From an uncultured Gammaproteobacteria bacterium (lineage in GTDB: Bacteria > Patescibacteriota > Patescibacteriia > SBBC01 > CAIJZX01), in the NCBI GenBank assembly GCA_964397195.1, contig CAYNGY010000003.1, positions 5,836 to 69,835 of the forward strand: a stretch of DNA of 64,000 nucleotides. Direction: 5' to 3'. Below the pieces are notes generated by a model that made no database searches, was not told the DNA's origin, and saw only the letters and a list, made by a program, of their open reading frames with translations. Position numbers and translations under genes: made by a program. This document shows positions 1 through 10,688 of this stretch, piece after piece; position 1 is the stretch's first letter; every line of letters starts with the position of its first letter.

Positions 1-2
1 TG

Positions 3-1226
3 ATGCCGAAGGAGGCGCTCGATTTGACGATCCGAGAGTATTTTGCGACGGCCTTCGAGGATATCAAATACTCGCTCGACAAGCTTATCGGGGACGTTTT
101 TGATATTGTGCATCTCTCGTTGCCATTGGACCGCACGGTTCGTCATCTGTCTGGCGGTCAACAGGCTCGGCTCCTGCTCGCCCATGCCTTGATTCAAAAC
201 CCTGATATTCTCTTACTTGATGAGCCGACAAATAATCTTGATCAGTACGGCATTGATCATTTAACGGGCTTTCTCATGACCTACGAGAAAACCGTCTTGG
301 TTATTTCTCACGATGCGGAGTTTTTAAATGCCTTTTCGGACGGCGTATTGTACCTCGATGTGCACACGCAAAAAGTTGAACAGTACAACGGCAACTACCA
401 TGACGTGGTAGAAGAAATTAAAGCCCGGATCGAACGTGAGAATCTCCAGAACGCCCGCATGCAACGTCAAATTCGTGATAAACGGGCGCAGGCGGAAGTC
501 TTCGCTCATAAGGGCGGGAAACTCCGTGGCGTGGCGAAACGGATGCGGACGGCCGCCGAAGAAGCCGAAGAGGGACTGGTCGATGTTCGGCGTGAAGATA
601 AGACCATCCGGAGCTTTCGCATTCCGGCGCAGGAGTTTGATCCGCACTTCAATGGGAAAGTAGCGCAAATTTCCGAAGTGACCATCGTGAAAAATCATGT
701 GGCGACGCAAAAGGCGGTTAACGTCGTTGTGCGGAAACAGACGCATCTGCTTGTGGCCGGTCCGAATGGGATTGGAAAGAGCACGCTTTTGCACGCCCTG
801 GTCAAGAATGAATCATCACACATTCATATCCCGCCCGAAGTCATTGTTGGGTATTACCAACAAGACTTTGGTAACCTCGACGGTGAACAGACAGCCTACG
901 AAGTGTTACGAACGGCGATGGTCGAAAATGACGACCACGCCTTGCGCTCGACGGCGGCGAGCTTCCTCCTCGACGGGGCCCTGTTATCGAAACAGGTTTC
1001 GGCTTTGTCCGAGGGCCAAAAAGGCCTGCTCTCGTTTTGTCGGCTGGTCTTACTGCGGCCCGGCTTACTGATTCTGGATGAGCCGACCAATCATATTAAC
1101 TTTCGTCATTTACCGGTGCTCGCGGAGGCGCTCAATGCGTACCCCGGAGCGATGATAATGGTTTCCCACATTCCGGAGTTTGTGGCACAAATTCGGATTG
1201 ATGAAGTGCTGGACTTAGCGAAATAA
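3..1226 (+). CDS. ABC-F family ATP-binding protein (probably 5'-truncated by the window edge)
   Basis: Two ABC cassettes (LSGGQ..LLLDEPTNNLD; GPNGIGKST, LSEGQ..LILDEPTNH) with a linker and no TM segments. The first Walker A motif lies outside the window. Confidence 0.88.
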   Translation: MPKEALDLTIREYFATAFEDIKYSLDKLIGDVFDIVHLSLPLDRTVRHLSGGQQARLLLAHALIQNPDILLLDEPTNNLDQYGIDHLTGFLMTYEKTVLVISHDAEFLNAFSDGVLYLDVHTQKVEQYNGNYHDVVEEIKARIERENLQNARMQRQIRDKRAQAEVFAHKGGKLRGVAKRMRTAAEEAEEGLVDVRREDKTIRSFRIPAQEFDPHFNGKVAQISEVTIVKNHVATQKAVNVVVRKQTHLLVAGPNGIGKSTLLHALVKNESSHIHIPPEVIVGYYQQDFGNLDGEQTAYEVLRTAMVENDDHALRSTAASFLLDGALLSKQVSALSEGQKGLLSFCRLVLLRPGLLILDEPTNHINFRHLPVLAEALNAYPGAMIMVSHIPEFVAQIRIDEVLDLAK

Positions 1227-1230
1227 TACT

Positions 1231-1917
1231 ATGTCCACTCTGCGTCTGAATAAATTCATTGCCAATTCTGGTGTCGCGTCGCGTCGGCGAGCGGACACCT
1301 TGATTGCGAGCGGGTATGTCCTCGTGAACGGCAAACCTGTCACCACCCTTGGATCGATGATCGACCCGAGCACTGATGTCGTTATGGTCGACGGAAAGAC
1401 AGTCCAGGCGGTCACGACGCTCCGGTATATTGCGGTGCATAAGCCGGTGGGCTACATTTCGACGCGGGCCACGCACGCCAAAGAAAAAACCGTCTATGAT
1501 TTGGTGCCGGCATCACGCGACTTAGTGATTGCTGGACGCCTGGATAAAGATTCTGATGGGTTAGTGTTGCTGACCAATGACGGGGAGCTCGTCAATCTGC
1601 TGACGCATCCGCGATATGGGCATCAAAAAGAATATGAAATCGTCACGACGCGTCCGTTTTCGGTTGAAGATATACGTCAGTTGATGTCAGGCGTGATGCT
1701 CGATGAAGGCAAGGCACGATTTGATACCTTGATTTCCGTTGCGGCGAATCAGTACCGGGTCACTATGCACCAAGGCTGGAAACGACAGATTCGACGGATG
1801 ACGGCGGCGGTTCACGCCCACATCGAGCGACTGACCCGGGTGCGGATTAACTCCTTGGGGCTGGGGAATCTGCCACCCGGTGGATGGCGGGAAGTACAGA
1901 AGTCGGATATTGTGTAG
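1231..1917 (+). CDS. rRNA pseudouridine synthase, RsuA/RluB family
   Basis: N-terminal S4 domain (RLNKFIANSGVASRRRAD), HKPVG, catalytic GRLDKDSDGLVLLTNDGE. Confidence 0.92.
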   Translation: MSTLRLNKFIANSGVASRRRADTLIASGYVLVNGKPVTTLGSMIDPSTDVVMVDGKTVQAVTTLRYIAVHKPVGYISTRATHAKEKTVYDLVPASRDLVIAGRLDKDSDGLVLLTNDGELVNLLTHPRYGHQKEYEIVTTRPFSVEDIRQLMSGVMLDEGKARFDTLISVAANQYRVTMHQGWKRQIRRMTAAVHAHIERLTRVRINSLGLGNLPPGGWREVQKSDIV

Positions 1918-1919
1918 GT

Positions 1920-3185
1920 ATGTATGACGTCATTGTTATTGGCGGTGGTCCGGCGGGGATGATGGCGGCCGGGCGAGCGGCAGAGCGAGGACGTCGTGTT
2001 TTGCTACTCGAAAAAAATCACCACCTGGGCATGAAACTGTCGATCACCGGTGGGGGACGATGTAATATTTGCAATGCCGAGGAAGATGTTCATCGACTCT
2101 TGTCGCACTACGGTGAGGAATCGAAGTTTCTTTACTCGTCGTTTTCTCAGTTCGGTATGACAGATACAATGCGTTTTTTCACCTCGCGTGGGATGCCAAT
2201 AAAAGTTGAAGCACATCAGCGTGCATTTCCGGAGACGGAAAATGCCGAGGACGTGGTTAAGCTCCTTGAGCAATATCTCGCTGACGGCGGCGTGACGGTG
2301 CGGACGGGCACGGCGGTCAATGGCTGGGCGCATGATCAACAGAAAATAACCGGCGTCCGGATTGGTGACGAGGTGTTGACGGCTGAGGCGTATATTCTGG
2401 CGACTGGCGGTACGTCGCATCCGGAGACTGGATCAACGGGCGATGGTTTTCGCTGGTTGTCAGAACTAGGTCATACCGTCACACCACCATCACCAACGGT
2501 GGTCCCGCTGGCGGTGGCAGATGCGTGGGTAAAATCGCTGGCCGGGGTGACGATGGCCGACGTCAAAATTACGTTTTACGTTGATCAAAAAAAGCGCCTC
2601 GCCAAGTCCGGACGAATTCTCTGTACCCATTTCGGCCTGTCCGGGCCCCTGATCTTGAATAGTGCGGCCCAGGTTTCGGACTTTCTCCATGATGGGACCG
2701 TGACGGCGACGATCGATACCTATCCATCCATGGATCTCGGTACGCTTGATGCACATATTGTCCGCACGTTCGAGGACAATAAGAATCGCGATCTAAAAAA
2801 CGTGATGAAAGTTCTGGCGCCGACTGGAACTGCGGCGGCGGTGCTGACGCTCTGTCCCGACATACCGGCGGCGACCAAAGTGCACAGCATCACCAAAGAT
2901 CAGCGCAAAGCATTGGGGCGACTCCTCAAAGAATTACCCATGACTATTCTGGGCTTGATGGGCGAAGATCGGGCGGTGGTGACGGATGGCGGCATCGTCA
3001 CGCGTGAGGTGGATGGAAAAACCATGCAGTCGAGACTGTTTTCAAATCTGTATGTGACCGGCGACGTCATACACATTCGGCGTCCCTCCGGCGGATACTC
3101 CCTCCAGCTCTGCTGGACAACGGGCTGGGTGGCGGGGAGTCATGTCTCGACGGCGTCCGACGACGGCCGGCATCCTCGACAATAA
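1920..3185 (+). CDS. HI0933/YhiN-family flavoprotein (NAD(P)/FAD oxidoreductase)
   Basis: VIGGGPAGMMAA, KLSITGGGRCN, ATGG.S.P.TGSTGDG, THFGLSGP, GGYSLQ. Start moved to ATG 1920 (MYDVIVIGG). Confidence 0.9.
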   Translation: MYDVIVIGGGPAGMMAAGRAAERGRRVLLLEKNHHLGMKLSITGGGRCNICNAEEDVHRLLSHYGEESKFLYSSFSQFGMTDTMRFFTSRGMPIKVEAHQRAFPETENAEDVVKLLEQYLADGGVTVRTGTAVNGWAHDQQKITGVRIGDEVLTAEAYILATGGTSHPETGSTGDGFRWLSELGHTVTPPSPTVVPLAVADAWVKSLAGVTMADVKITFYVDQKKRLAKSGRILCTHFGLSGPLILNSAAQVSDFLHDGTVTATIDTYPSMDLGTLDAHIVRTFEDNKNRDLKNVMKVLAPTGTAAAVLTLCPDIPAATKVHSITKDQRKALGRLLKELPMTILGLMGEDRAVVTDGGIVTREVDGKTMQSRLFSNLYVTGDVIHIRRPSGGYSLQLCWTTGWVAGSHVSTASDDGRHPRQ

Positions 3186-3210
3186 ACAGCGTATAGCCTA
3201 GACTGCACCC

Positions 3211-3432
3211 ATGCGATGGTTTACCCCGTGGGGATGGATGTACCGTCCGGTCTCGGTGGCCGGGGTGGTCGTGACGGTCTTGGCGGCGTTGTTTTGCCTG
3301 AATGTCTTTTTGGCCATTGATCGGTCATCACACTCGAATAGCGATACGCTCTACGGGATTTTTCCGTTTTGGGTGGGCACGATCGGTATCTGGCTCTGGG
3401 TGGCGTCAAAAACGAGTCGGACGGACCGATAG
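3211..3432 (+). CDS. Small two-TM membrane protein
   Basis: Two hydrophobic segments flanking IDRSSHSNSDTL. A TAGACT -10 box lies 6 nt before the ATG. Confidence 0.7.
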   Translation: MRWFTPWGWMYRPVSVAGVVVTVLAALFCLNVFLAIDRSSHSNSDTLYGIFPFWVGTIGIWLWVASKTSRTDR

Positions 3433-3441
3433 GGCGTCAAT

Positions 3442-3486
3442 TTGACGACGGCGGTGAATGTGATATATTCGATATATCGAATATAT
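3442..3486 (+). promoter_or_regulatory. Sigma70 promoter overlapped by a 24-bp perfect palindrome (probable ArsR operator)
   Basis: TTGACG 3442-3447 and TG-A-TATATT 3461-3469. ATATATTCGATATATCGAATATAT (3463-3486) is self-complementary and runs into the ATG of the ArsR gene. Confidence 0.8.
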
Positions 3487-3937
3487 GAAATCCAACCGCA
3501 CCCAGACAGCCGCCGCGATGTTTCAAGCCCTCGGGAACCCGAAACGGGTCGAGTTCGTGCGATTATTGGCGAAACGCCCGTTGACCGCGACTGAGCTGCA
3601 GTCGATGGTTGAGCTCCCACAGGCAAATGTTAGTCAGCATCTACGGATTCTCAAGGAGGCGCGGGTGATTGTGGCCGTTCGGGTTGGCACGTCGATACAG
3701 TATCATCTCTCACACCCGAATATTGCCCACCTGGTGCGTTTGGTTGCGGAAACGATGCTGCCGCACCGACCCCATCGTGGAGAACGGCATCGGGCGGATG
3801 TTCAAGATATTGTTTGTGGAATGTGGGTCGAGCCGACGAGCGCCGCGGCCCAGGTCATCTACAAAGGCGGAACATATTATTTTTGTGCGTCGGGTTGCCA
3901 TCGACAATTCATCAAAGCACCTCGACGGTATGTCTGA
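3485..3937 (+). CDS. ArsR/SmtB metalloregulator with C-terminal YHS/TRASH domain
   Basis: [25 protein letters not shown] winged [24 protein letters not shown] is a YHS motif. Confidence 0.88.
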   Translation: MKSNRTQTAAAMFQALGNPKRVEFVRLLAKRPLTATELQSMVELPQANVSQHLRILKEARVIVAVRVGTSIQYHLSHPNIAHLVRLVAETMLPHRPHRGERHRADVQDIVCGMWVEPTSAAAQVIYKGGTYYFCASGCHRQFIKAPRRYV

Positions 3938-6122
3938 GCGGACAGCTGAATTTCGGATTGTCGATTTGCGGTGTGCGTCGTGTGCGGCTCTTAACGAACG
4001 CAGTCTCAAGAAGATAGCGGGCGTGACTGCGGCGACGGTGAACTACGCGACCGGGCAGGTGGCGGTGACGTTTGATGATCGCCAGGCCGCGCCAGACCAC
4101 TTTCATCGCACTGTTCAGAAAAACGGCTATCATATCCGTTCCGCCTCGTCGGGGGATGCGCATCTAGGGCATGATCATGGTGTCGAGCCGATGACGATCG
4201 TTAAAAAAAGGGCTTTGATGGCGTTGTGTTTGGCCTTGCCGGTGCTGGTCTTGGCCATGGTGCCGGGTGTAACCGTTGGATGGCAGGCTATTGGCAACTG
4301 GGTGCAGGGAACGGTAGCTTCGATCGTCATTTTGATAATCGGTCGCGGATTCCACCGGGGCATGGTTCGAGAGATTCAGAATCTCGCGCCGGGCATGGAT
4401 ACACTCGTGTCCTTTGGGACGCTCGTGGCGCTGGGGTGGAGTTGGTGGGCGCTGTTTTCGGGCGCGGCGATGTATTTTGAAACCGGGGCGATTATTACCG
4501 CTTTCATTTTGCTGGGACGGTGGCTCGAAGCGAAAAGCCGCGGCCAGGCTGGCGCGGCCATCGAAAAACTCATGCAACTGGGCGCAAAGGTTGCGCATCA
4601 TCTGGATCATGGTGCTGGACATGATATTCCGGTTGAACAAGTCGTCGTGGGGATGAGGCTCCTCGTTAAGCCCGGCGAGAAGATTCCGGTCGACGGACGT
4701 ATTTACCACGGCGAAGCGGGGATTGATGAGTCGATGTTAACCGGAGAAAGTTTACCGGTGACCAAGCGGGTCGGAGACTCGGTTTTTGCGGCTACGGCTG
4801 TGACCAATAGCGCGATTCAAATCGAAGCGACGAGTGTGGGGGCGGATACGATGCTGGCCCAGATTGTGAAAATGGTTGCGGAGGCGCAATTGCACAAAGC
4901 CCCGATTCAGAAACTCGCTGACCGAGTATCCGGTTTTTTTGTCCCGATCGTGCTCGGTATAAGTGCAGTCAGTTTGGTGGGGTGGGTCGTGAGCGGTCAT
5001 GATCTAGCGAGTAGTGTCGGTGCAGCGGTGGCAGTCTTAGTGATTGCCTGTCCGTGCGCGTTGGGGCTGGCGACACCAACGGCGATGATGGTGGGAACCG
5101 GGCTGGGGGCGAAACGAGGGATTTTGATTAAGAACGGCGAATCGCTTGAGCGCGCAAAAGATATAGATGTCGTAGTCTTTGATAAAACGGGGACGCTGAC
5201 AGTTGGTCGGCCGCGGGTGACCGATATCGTGCCGGCGGATGGAGTGTCGTTGACGGAGCTTCTCCGTCTCGCAGCCAGTTTGGAAGCACTCTCAATGCAT
5301 CCATTAGCCATGGCGATTCTGCAGGCGGCGGCTGATCACCAGATTGCGCCGGAGGCGGTTGATGGCTTCTCCTCAATCTCGGGTCAAGGCGTCCGCGGAC
5401 GTATTGCGGGGAAGCTGGTGGTACTAGGGAGCCCGGCCTTTATCGCCCAGCAGGGCGTTCAATTATCCGCCGTTCAGGGCGATCTTGATCGCCTCCATGC
5501 TCAGGCAAAAACGACGGTGGTGGTGGCGCGTGAGTCGTTGGTCATGGGTATATGTGCCATCGCCGATACGATTAAACCAGATGCGCGCCAGGCCGTGACG
5601 CAGTTGATGCGATCGGGTGTCGAGGTGGTGATGTTGACCGGAGACAATCAAGCCACGGCGACCGCGATTGCTCAGGCGGTCGGAATCTCAACGGTTATCG
5701 CCCAAGTGTTGCCGGAGGCGAAGGCGGCGGAGATTATGAAATTTCAGCAAGCTGGGAAGCGCGTGGTCTTCGTCGGGGACGGAATAAATGATGCGCCGGC
5801 GCTGACGCAAGCGGATTTGGGGATTGCCATGGGAACTGGGACGGATGTGGCAATCGAAGCCGGCAATATCGTCCTCGTGCAAGGGAGCCCGCTCAAGGTT
5901 GTGGAAGCGTTGGGGTTAGCGCGCCGAACATTTCAGATTATTCGTCAAAATCTTTTTTGGGCGTTTGTCTACAATATGGTGGCGGTGCCGGTCGCGGCGT
6001 TCGGTCTACTGAATCCGGCCATCGCCGCGGCGGCCATGGCCTTATCGAGCATCAGTGTCGTGGCCAACAGTCTGCGGATTGCTCGTGCTCGCCGATTGAC
6101 AACCGTTCCGATCGTACCCTAA
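3930..6122 (+). CDS. copA: Heavy-metal (Cu+) P1B-type ATPase
   Basis: [38 protein letters not shown] and MALSS motifs of P1B-1 pumps. Start at ATG 3930. Confidence 0.92.
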   Translation: MSERTAEFRIVDLRCASCAALNERSLKKIAGVTAATVNYATGQVAVTFDDRQAAPDHFHRTVQKNGYHIRSASSGDAHLGHDHGVEPMTIVKKRALMALCLALPVLVLAMVPGVTVGWQAIGNWVQGTVASIVILIIGRGFHRGMVREIQNLAPGMDTLVSFGTLVALGWSWWALFSGAAMYFETGAIITAFILLGRWLEAKSRGQAGAAIEKLMQLGAKVAHHLDHGAGHDIPVEQVVVGMRLLVKPGEKIPVDGRIYHGEAGIDESMLTGESLPVTKRVGDSVFAATAVTNSAIQIEATSVGADTMLAQIVKMVAEAQLHKAPIQKLADRVSGFFVPIVLGISAVSLVGWVVSGHDLASSVGAAVAVLVIACPCALGLATPTAMMVGTGLGAKRGILIKNGESLERAKDIDVVVFDKTGTLTVGRPRVTDIVPADGVSLTELLRLAASLEALSMHPLAMAILQAAADHQIAPEAVDGFSSISGQGVRGRIAGKLVVLGSPAFIAQQGVQLSAVQGDLDRLHAQAKTTVVVARESLVMGICAIADTIKPDARQAVTQLMRSGVEVVMLTGDNQATATAIAQAVGISTVIAQVLPEAKAAEIMKFQQAGKRVVFVGDGINDAPALTQADLGIAMGTGTDVAIEAGNIVLVQGSPLKVVEALGLARRTFQIIRQNLFWAFVYNMVAVPVAAFGLLNPAIAAAAMALSSISVVANSLRIARARRLTTVPIVP

Positions 6123-6149
6123 GATTACGTTTACTCATTCCTGATTTTT

Positions 6150-6908
6150 ATGCCAACCATCGTCTTTGCGGTTATTGCTAGTACTCTCTCGAGCCTGTTA
6201 GGGTTGCTCGGCGGATTTGGTTTATTAGCCGGATCGTCGTGGGTACAGAAATACTCAAAATACTTCGTGAGCTTTGCGGCTGGTGCGATGCTCTCGGCCG
6301 CCTTTTTCGATCTCCTGACGGACGCGATTGACCGATCCCCAGCTTCAATCGGTACCATTTTTGCCTGGACCCTGGCCGGGTTTATGGTGTTCTTCTTAAT
6401 TGAAAAGTTTTTGCTCTGGCACCACCATACCCACACGCACGCCGATGGCGAAGACACACCGCAACTCGCCAAACTTATTATTATTGGTGATGCGGTGCAC
6501 AACGCGATTGACGGGATGGTCATCGCCGCTGCATTTGTCACGAGCCCAGCATTGGGGATTGCGACGGCAACGGCTGTGTTCTTTCACGAAATCCCGCAAG
6601 AACTCGGTGACTTCTCGATCATGATTCACTCGGGCATGAAACGATCGCGCGTGGCGCTGTGGAATATTTTAGGAGCGTTGGTCAGTCCGGTGGCGACGGT
6701 GATTGCCTTTACCTATGTCAATCACAGTCAAACATTGATTACACCGTTGTTGGGCTTGGCGGCCGGGTCGTTCCTATACATCGCCTCGGCGGACTTGGTG
6801 CCGCAGATTCATCGGGAACGAAAACTGAGCTCGACTATCGGTCAGCTGACGCTCTTAGTTTTGGGGATGCTCGCCATTGTGGCGGTGGGCGCGATGTTTG
6901 CGGAATAA
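6150..6908 (+). CDS. ZIP family metal transporter
   Basis: SFAAGAML, His-rich loop HHHTHTH, GDAVHNAIDG, HEIPQELGD. Confidence 0.92.
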   Translation: MPTIVFAVIASTLSSLLGLLGGFGLLAGSSWVQKYSKYFVSFAAGAMLSAAFFDLLTDAIDRSPASIGTIFAWTLAGFMVFFLIEKFLLWHHHTHTHADGEDTPQLAKLIIIGDAVHNAIDGMVIAAAFVTSPALGIATATAVFFHEIPQELGDFSIMIHSGMKRSRVALWNILGALVSPVATVIAFTYVNHSQTLITPLLGLAAGSFLYIASADLVPQIHRERKLSSTIGQLTLLVLGMLAIVAVGAMFAE

Positions 6909-7948
6909 TGCCGTCGATTCGCATCGATCATCAGCCGGCCGGCTATCGCTATTCGTTTCCGCCGTCGGCCGTGGCGCTCACGCCGACGCGTCCACGCGAT
7001 CGAGCGAAGTTGTTGGTGCTCCGACGCGACGGGAACATCGCGGGTGAAACGACGTTTCAACATTTGGACAAGGTTTTGCCGCCTCGAGCGGTCATTGTCT
7101 TTAATCAGACGAAAGTTATTCCGGCCCGGTTTCGGGTGCTGAAGCCAACCGGCGGTCGGGTGGAACTCCTGTGTCTGACGTTTGGCGCAAAAACCTTTAC
7201 GGCGTTAGCCGATCGACGACTGGATGTCGGTACCGTGCTTACGCTGGCACCAAAACGGGTCATAACGGTGATAGCGCGAACGGGCCGGGTGTATACACTA
7301 CGACCCTCGATGACCATGGCGACCGTACGGCGTCTCGTTCAGAAAAATGGGACGACGCCGCTGCCGCCATATCTGCGGCATTCGCCGCTGACGGAATCTG
7401 AGCGACGACGCTGGTACCAGGCGGTCTTTGCCACAGATGAAGGTTCAGTCGCCGCTCCGACGGCGTCGCTCCACTTTACGCCCCGGCTGATACGCCGGCT
7501 GACGAAGCGCGGCGTCGACGTAGAATATCTCACGTTGCACGTCGGCTTGGGGACGTTCGCGCCACTGACGGTCGAGCACCTTCACCACGGGCGGTTGCAT
7601 CACGAGCCCTACATGATTTCCACCCGGACGGCGGCCCGACTGAATCGTCTGAAAAAATCTGGACGTCCGATTATTGCGGTCGGGACGACTGTGGCGCGAG
7701 CGCTCGAATCAGCGACGGCGTCGGGTGTGGTGCGTCCAGGGTCATCGTCGACCGATCTGTTTATTCGACCTGGGTACCGCTGGAAATTTGTCGACGGGTT
7801 GATTACGAATTTTCATGTACCGGAGTCGAGCCTGCTCATGCTTGTGGCCGCATTGGTTGGACGGAAGAATATTTTGGCTGCATATGAACGGGCGATTGGG
7901 CACGGCTTCAAACTCTTCTCGTTTGGCGATGGAATGTTCATCAGTTGA
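6908..7948 (+). CDS. queA: S-adenosylmethionine:tRNA ribosyltransferase-isomerase
   Basis: VFNQTKVIPAR, PLPPY, GSVAAPTASLHF, LHVGLGTF, AVGTT, ITNFHVPES, FSFGDGM. Start at ATG 6908. Confidence 0.93.
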   Translation: MPSIRIDHQPAGYRYSFPPSAVALTPTRPRDRAKLLVLRRDGNIAGETTFQHLDKVLPPRAVIVFNQTKVIPARFRVLKPTGGRVELLCLTFGAKTFTALADRRLDVGTVLTLAPKRVITVIARTGRVYTLRPSMTMATVRRLVQKNGTTPLPPYLRHSPLTESERRRWYQAVFATDEGSVAAPTASLHFTPRLIRRLTKRGVDVEYLTLHVGLGTFAPLTVEHLHHGRLHHEPYMISTRTAARLNRLKKSGRPIIAVGTTVARALESATASGVVRPGSSSTDLFIRPGYRWKFVDGLITNFHVPESSLLMLVAALVGRKNILAAYERAIGHGFKLFSFGDGMFIS

Positions 7949-7979
7949 GGTCGGACGCAGAAAAGCGTAGAATGCCCGT

Positions 7980-9824
7980 ATGGTCGCAAAACAAACACAT
8001 CCACATCCAGAACTTCCTGAGCTGGCCCGATTGTTACGGTCATGGTTGATTCGGATGACAACGACAGCGGGCTCAGATCATCTCTCGTCATCACTCTCTG
8101 CGGTTGAGGTGATGGTTGGTTTGCTGTTTGGTGGGGCATTCCGGGCGGATGTGAAACGGCCAGGGTATGCGAATAATGATCGACTGCTTTTTTCGAAGGG
8201 CCATGCCGCGCCGCTCCTGTATTCACTCTACGCCCTAGCCGGAATGGTTCGCCCACGCGATCTCCTGGGATTACGGACGATGGCTTCGAAACTTGAGGGT
8301 CATCCCACGATTCGCTTCCCGTACACCGAGGTGCCGACCGGTAGTCTCGGTCAGGGGCTCTCTGTGGCTCTAGGTGAGGCGATAGCCGCCGGGATGGGTA
8401 AACTGACGTATCGCACCTACTGCCTGCTGGGAGACTCGGAAATGGCCGAGGGGAGCGTTTGGGAGGCCATCCAGCTGGCTGGGTATCGCCACCAGGCGGG
8501 CCTTGTCGCGATCGTTGATGTGAATGGTTTGGGACAGGCCGGGCCGACCATGGCCGGTCATAATCCGCTGGTGCTGGCCCGTCGAGCCCAAGCCTTCGGA
8601 TGGCGGACGATCGTCATTGATGGTCACAACTTCCGAGACATTCTTCACGCGCTGGCCCATGCCGAAACCATTACAGACCATCCGGTCATGATTCTTGCCA
8701 AGACGCAGAAGGGTCGTGGCGTGGCGGTGATGGAGGGAAAAGACGGGTGGCATGGTCGGGTTCTGACAAAACCTCAAGCGCATGACGCCTTGCAGCATCT
8801 TGGGCGCGTTGATGAAAAGCTCCGCGGTCGGATGTCGGTTCCAGATCGTCGTCAACCAAAACGGGGAGCAAAAAGATCACTCCCGGTGTTTTCCTACAAA
8901 CTCGGCGATGTCATTTCGCCGCGTGAGGCGGCTGGTCATGCGCTCGTTCGGATCGGAACGGCTCGGCCCGAAGTAGTCGTCTTTGATGGCGAGGTGATGA
9001 ATTCGACGGACACCGACCGTTTTGCAAAAAAATGGCCACGTCGATTTATCCAAGGGTATATTGCCGAGCAAAACATCGTCGGAATGGCCCTCGGTGTTGG
9101 GAAACGCGGGTATGTCCCAGTGGCGGCGACGTTCGGTGCGTTTTGGACGCGGGCGTTTGATCAGCTTCGGATGGCAAGTTACGCGAGCGTCCCAATGGTC
9201 ATCATCGGCACACATGCCGGTGTCCATATCGGTCAGGACGGGATGTCGCAGATGGCACTACAAGATATTGCTATGTTCCGGACCCTTGAACACTCGACCA
9301 TTTTCTATCCGGCCGACGCGGTCGCGGCGGAAAAATGTTTGGAGGTCGCTGTCCGCCATGACGCAGTGACATATCTGCGTCTGACGCGGGCGAAATTTCC
9401 AGTCATATATCCATCACCAACGCGATTCACGGTCGGTGGTAGTCATGTTCTGCGACAGAGCGATCATGATACGGCGACGGTCGTGGCGGCGGGCGTGACA
9501 CTGTACGAGGCATTGAAAGCGGCGGATATTCTGGCCAAGAAAAAGATCTCCGTTCGCGTCATCGATCTGTATAGTCTCAAGCCCATTGACGCGGCGACAC
9601 TCAAACGCGCCGTCCGCGAGACGAAGCGGATTATCGTCGTCGAAGATCATTACCCAGAAGGAGGTATGGCCGAAGCGGTACGCACGGCGCTGGGAACAGA
9701 TGCGGGATGCGTGGTGTCCTTAGCGGTGCGCAAAACGCCGCGGAGCGGGACGCCGGAAGAACTGCTGGCGTATGAAGGGATTGATGCGGCGGGGATTGTG
9801 CGGGAAGTGATGAGAAAAATATGA
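7980..9824 (+). CDS. tkt: Transketolase (short fused type)
   Basis: DR.LFSKGHAAP, LEGHP, TGSLGQG, TPP motif GDSEMAEG, IAEQN, GQDG.SQ. Confidence 0.9.
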   Translation: MVAKQTHPHPELPELARLLRSWLIRMTTTAGSDHLSSSLSAVEVMVGLLFGGAFRADVKRPGYANNDRLLFSKGHAAPLLYSLYALAGMVRPRDLLGLRTMASKLEGHPTIRFPYTEVPTGSLGQGLSVALGEAIAAGMGKLTYRTYCLLGDSEMAEGSVWEAIQLAGYRHQAGLVAIVDVNGLGQAGPTMAGHNPLVLARRAQAFGWRTIVIDGHNFRDILHALAHAETITDHPVMILAKTQKGRGVAVMEGKDGWHGRVLTKPQAHDALQHLGRVDEKLRGRMSVPDRRQPKRGAKRSLPVFSYKLGDVISPREAAGHALVRIGTARPEVVVFDGEVMNSTDTDRFAKKWPRRFIQGYIAEQNIVGMALGVGKRGYVPVAATFGAFWTRAFDQLRMASYASVPMVIIGTHAGVHIGQDGMSQMALQDIAMFRTLEHSTIFYPADAVAAEKCLEVAVRHDAVTYLRLTRAKFPVIYPSPTRFTVGGSHVLRQSDHDTATVVAAGVTLYEALKAADILAKKKISVRVIDLYSLKPIDAATLKRAVRETKRIIVVEDHYPEGGMAEAVRTALGTDAGCVVSLAVRKTPRSGTPEELLAYEGIDAAGIVREVMRKI

Positions 9825-10621
9825 CGTTTCTCTTGATTGATATCGGGGCAACAAAGATGCGGTTCGGTTGGTCAAATGGCCATCGCATTGTGCGTCGTGC
9901 CGTGGTGGCCACGCCGACGAGGTGGTTAGATGCGTACCAGGAGATTCGACAGCGTGTAAACGGTGTACGGCCTGGGCGAGTTATTATTGGTGTCCCAGGC
10001 ATGGTCGATGCGAAAAATTGTATTTTGAGTGTATCGAATCTGCCCGAATGGCCAGCGACAATCGTCACTCGTGACCTCAAGAAACTTTTTGGGAAAAATC
10101 TTCACATCGAGAATGACGCGGTCTTGAATGCTCTCGGTGAGGCGACCGACGGCGCTGGTGTTGGGCACGACATTGTCGGCTTTTTAACAATGAGTACGGG
10201 CGTGAATGGCATGAGGATTATTAATGGTCAACCTGACCGTCATGCATTTCCAATCGAATTAGGTTATTTGTTGGTGCACGACGGAAAAAGTATGACTACA
10301 CTCGGTCGGGCCGTCTCCGGCCAGGCGCTTCAGGATCGATACGGTCGGCCCGCGGCTCAGCTCCGTACACCGCGTATTTGGCGCGACGTCGAACGAATAC
10401 TGGCCCAGGCGATAGTGAATTTGTCGTTGACGTGGGCCCCTGATGTCTTTATCGTTGGTGGTTCGATTACGAAGTCACTCTCGGTCGTGGCGATACAACG
10501 TGAGGTGAAGCGACTCTGGCATCATCATGTCCCAGTTCCCAAAATTCGGTTCGGGCGACTTGGTGATCTGAGTGGGATCTACGGCGCACTTACCCTGGCC
10601 AAACAAAAACCCCAACCTTAG
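9821..10621 (+). CDS. ROK family sugar kinase
   Basis: IDIGATK, GVPG, IENDA, STGVNG, GGS motifs. Confidence 0.82.
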   Translation: MTFLLIDIGATKMRFGWSNGHRIVRRAVVATPTRWLDAYQEIRQRVNGVRPGRVIIGVPGMVDAKNCILSVSNLPEWPATIVTRDLKKLFGKNLHIENDAVLNALGEATDGAGVGHDIVGFLTMSTGVNGMRIINGQPDRHAFPIELGYLLVHDGKSMTTLGRAVSGQALQDRYGRPAAQLRTPRIWRDVERILAQAIVNLSLTWAPDVFIVGGSITKSLSVVAIQREVKRLWHHHVPVPKIRFGRLGDLSGIYGALTLAKQKPQP

Positions 10622-10637
10622 CGGAAAAACGGGATAA

Positions 10638-10669
10638 TTCAGTAAAAATTCAGTTTATGTTGTTATGAT
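10638..10669 (+). promoter_or_regulatory. TTCAG-N6-TTCAG direct repeat 10 nt upstream of TATGAT (putative activator-dependent promoter)
   Basis: TTCAG TAAAAA TTCAG tttatgttgt TATGAT. The same geometry occurs at 50472 and 51126. Confidence 0.65.
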
Positions 10670-10688
10670 AGATGGTTGGCCCGGATGC

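Noticed and set aside
3669-3929. Extended N-termini in the ORF track (copA; likewise queA, mltG, rplL, rsmH, lexA, mutM)
   Set aside because: They overlap upstream genes or promoters, and family homology begins at the downstream starts used here.
6119-6149. CTAAGATT upstream of the ZIP gene as a fourth TTCAG-regulon site
   Set aside because: No TTCAG pair and no -10 box follow; the gap is only 27 bp inside an operon.
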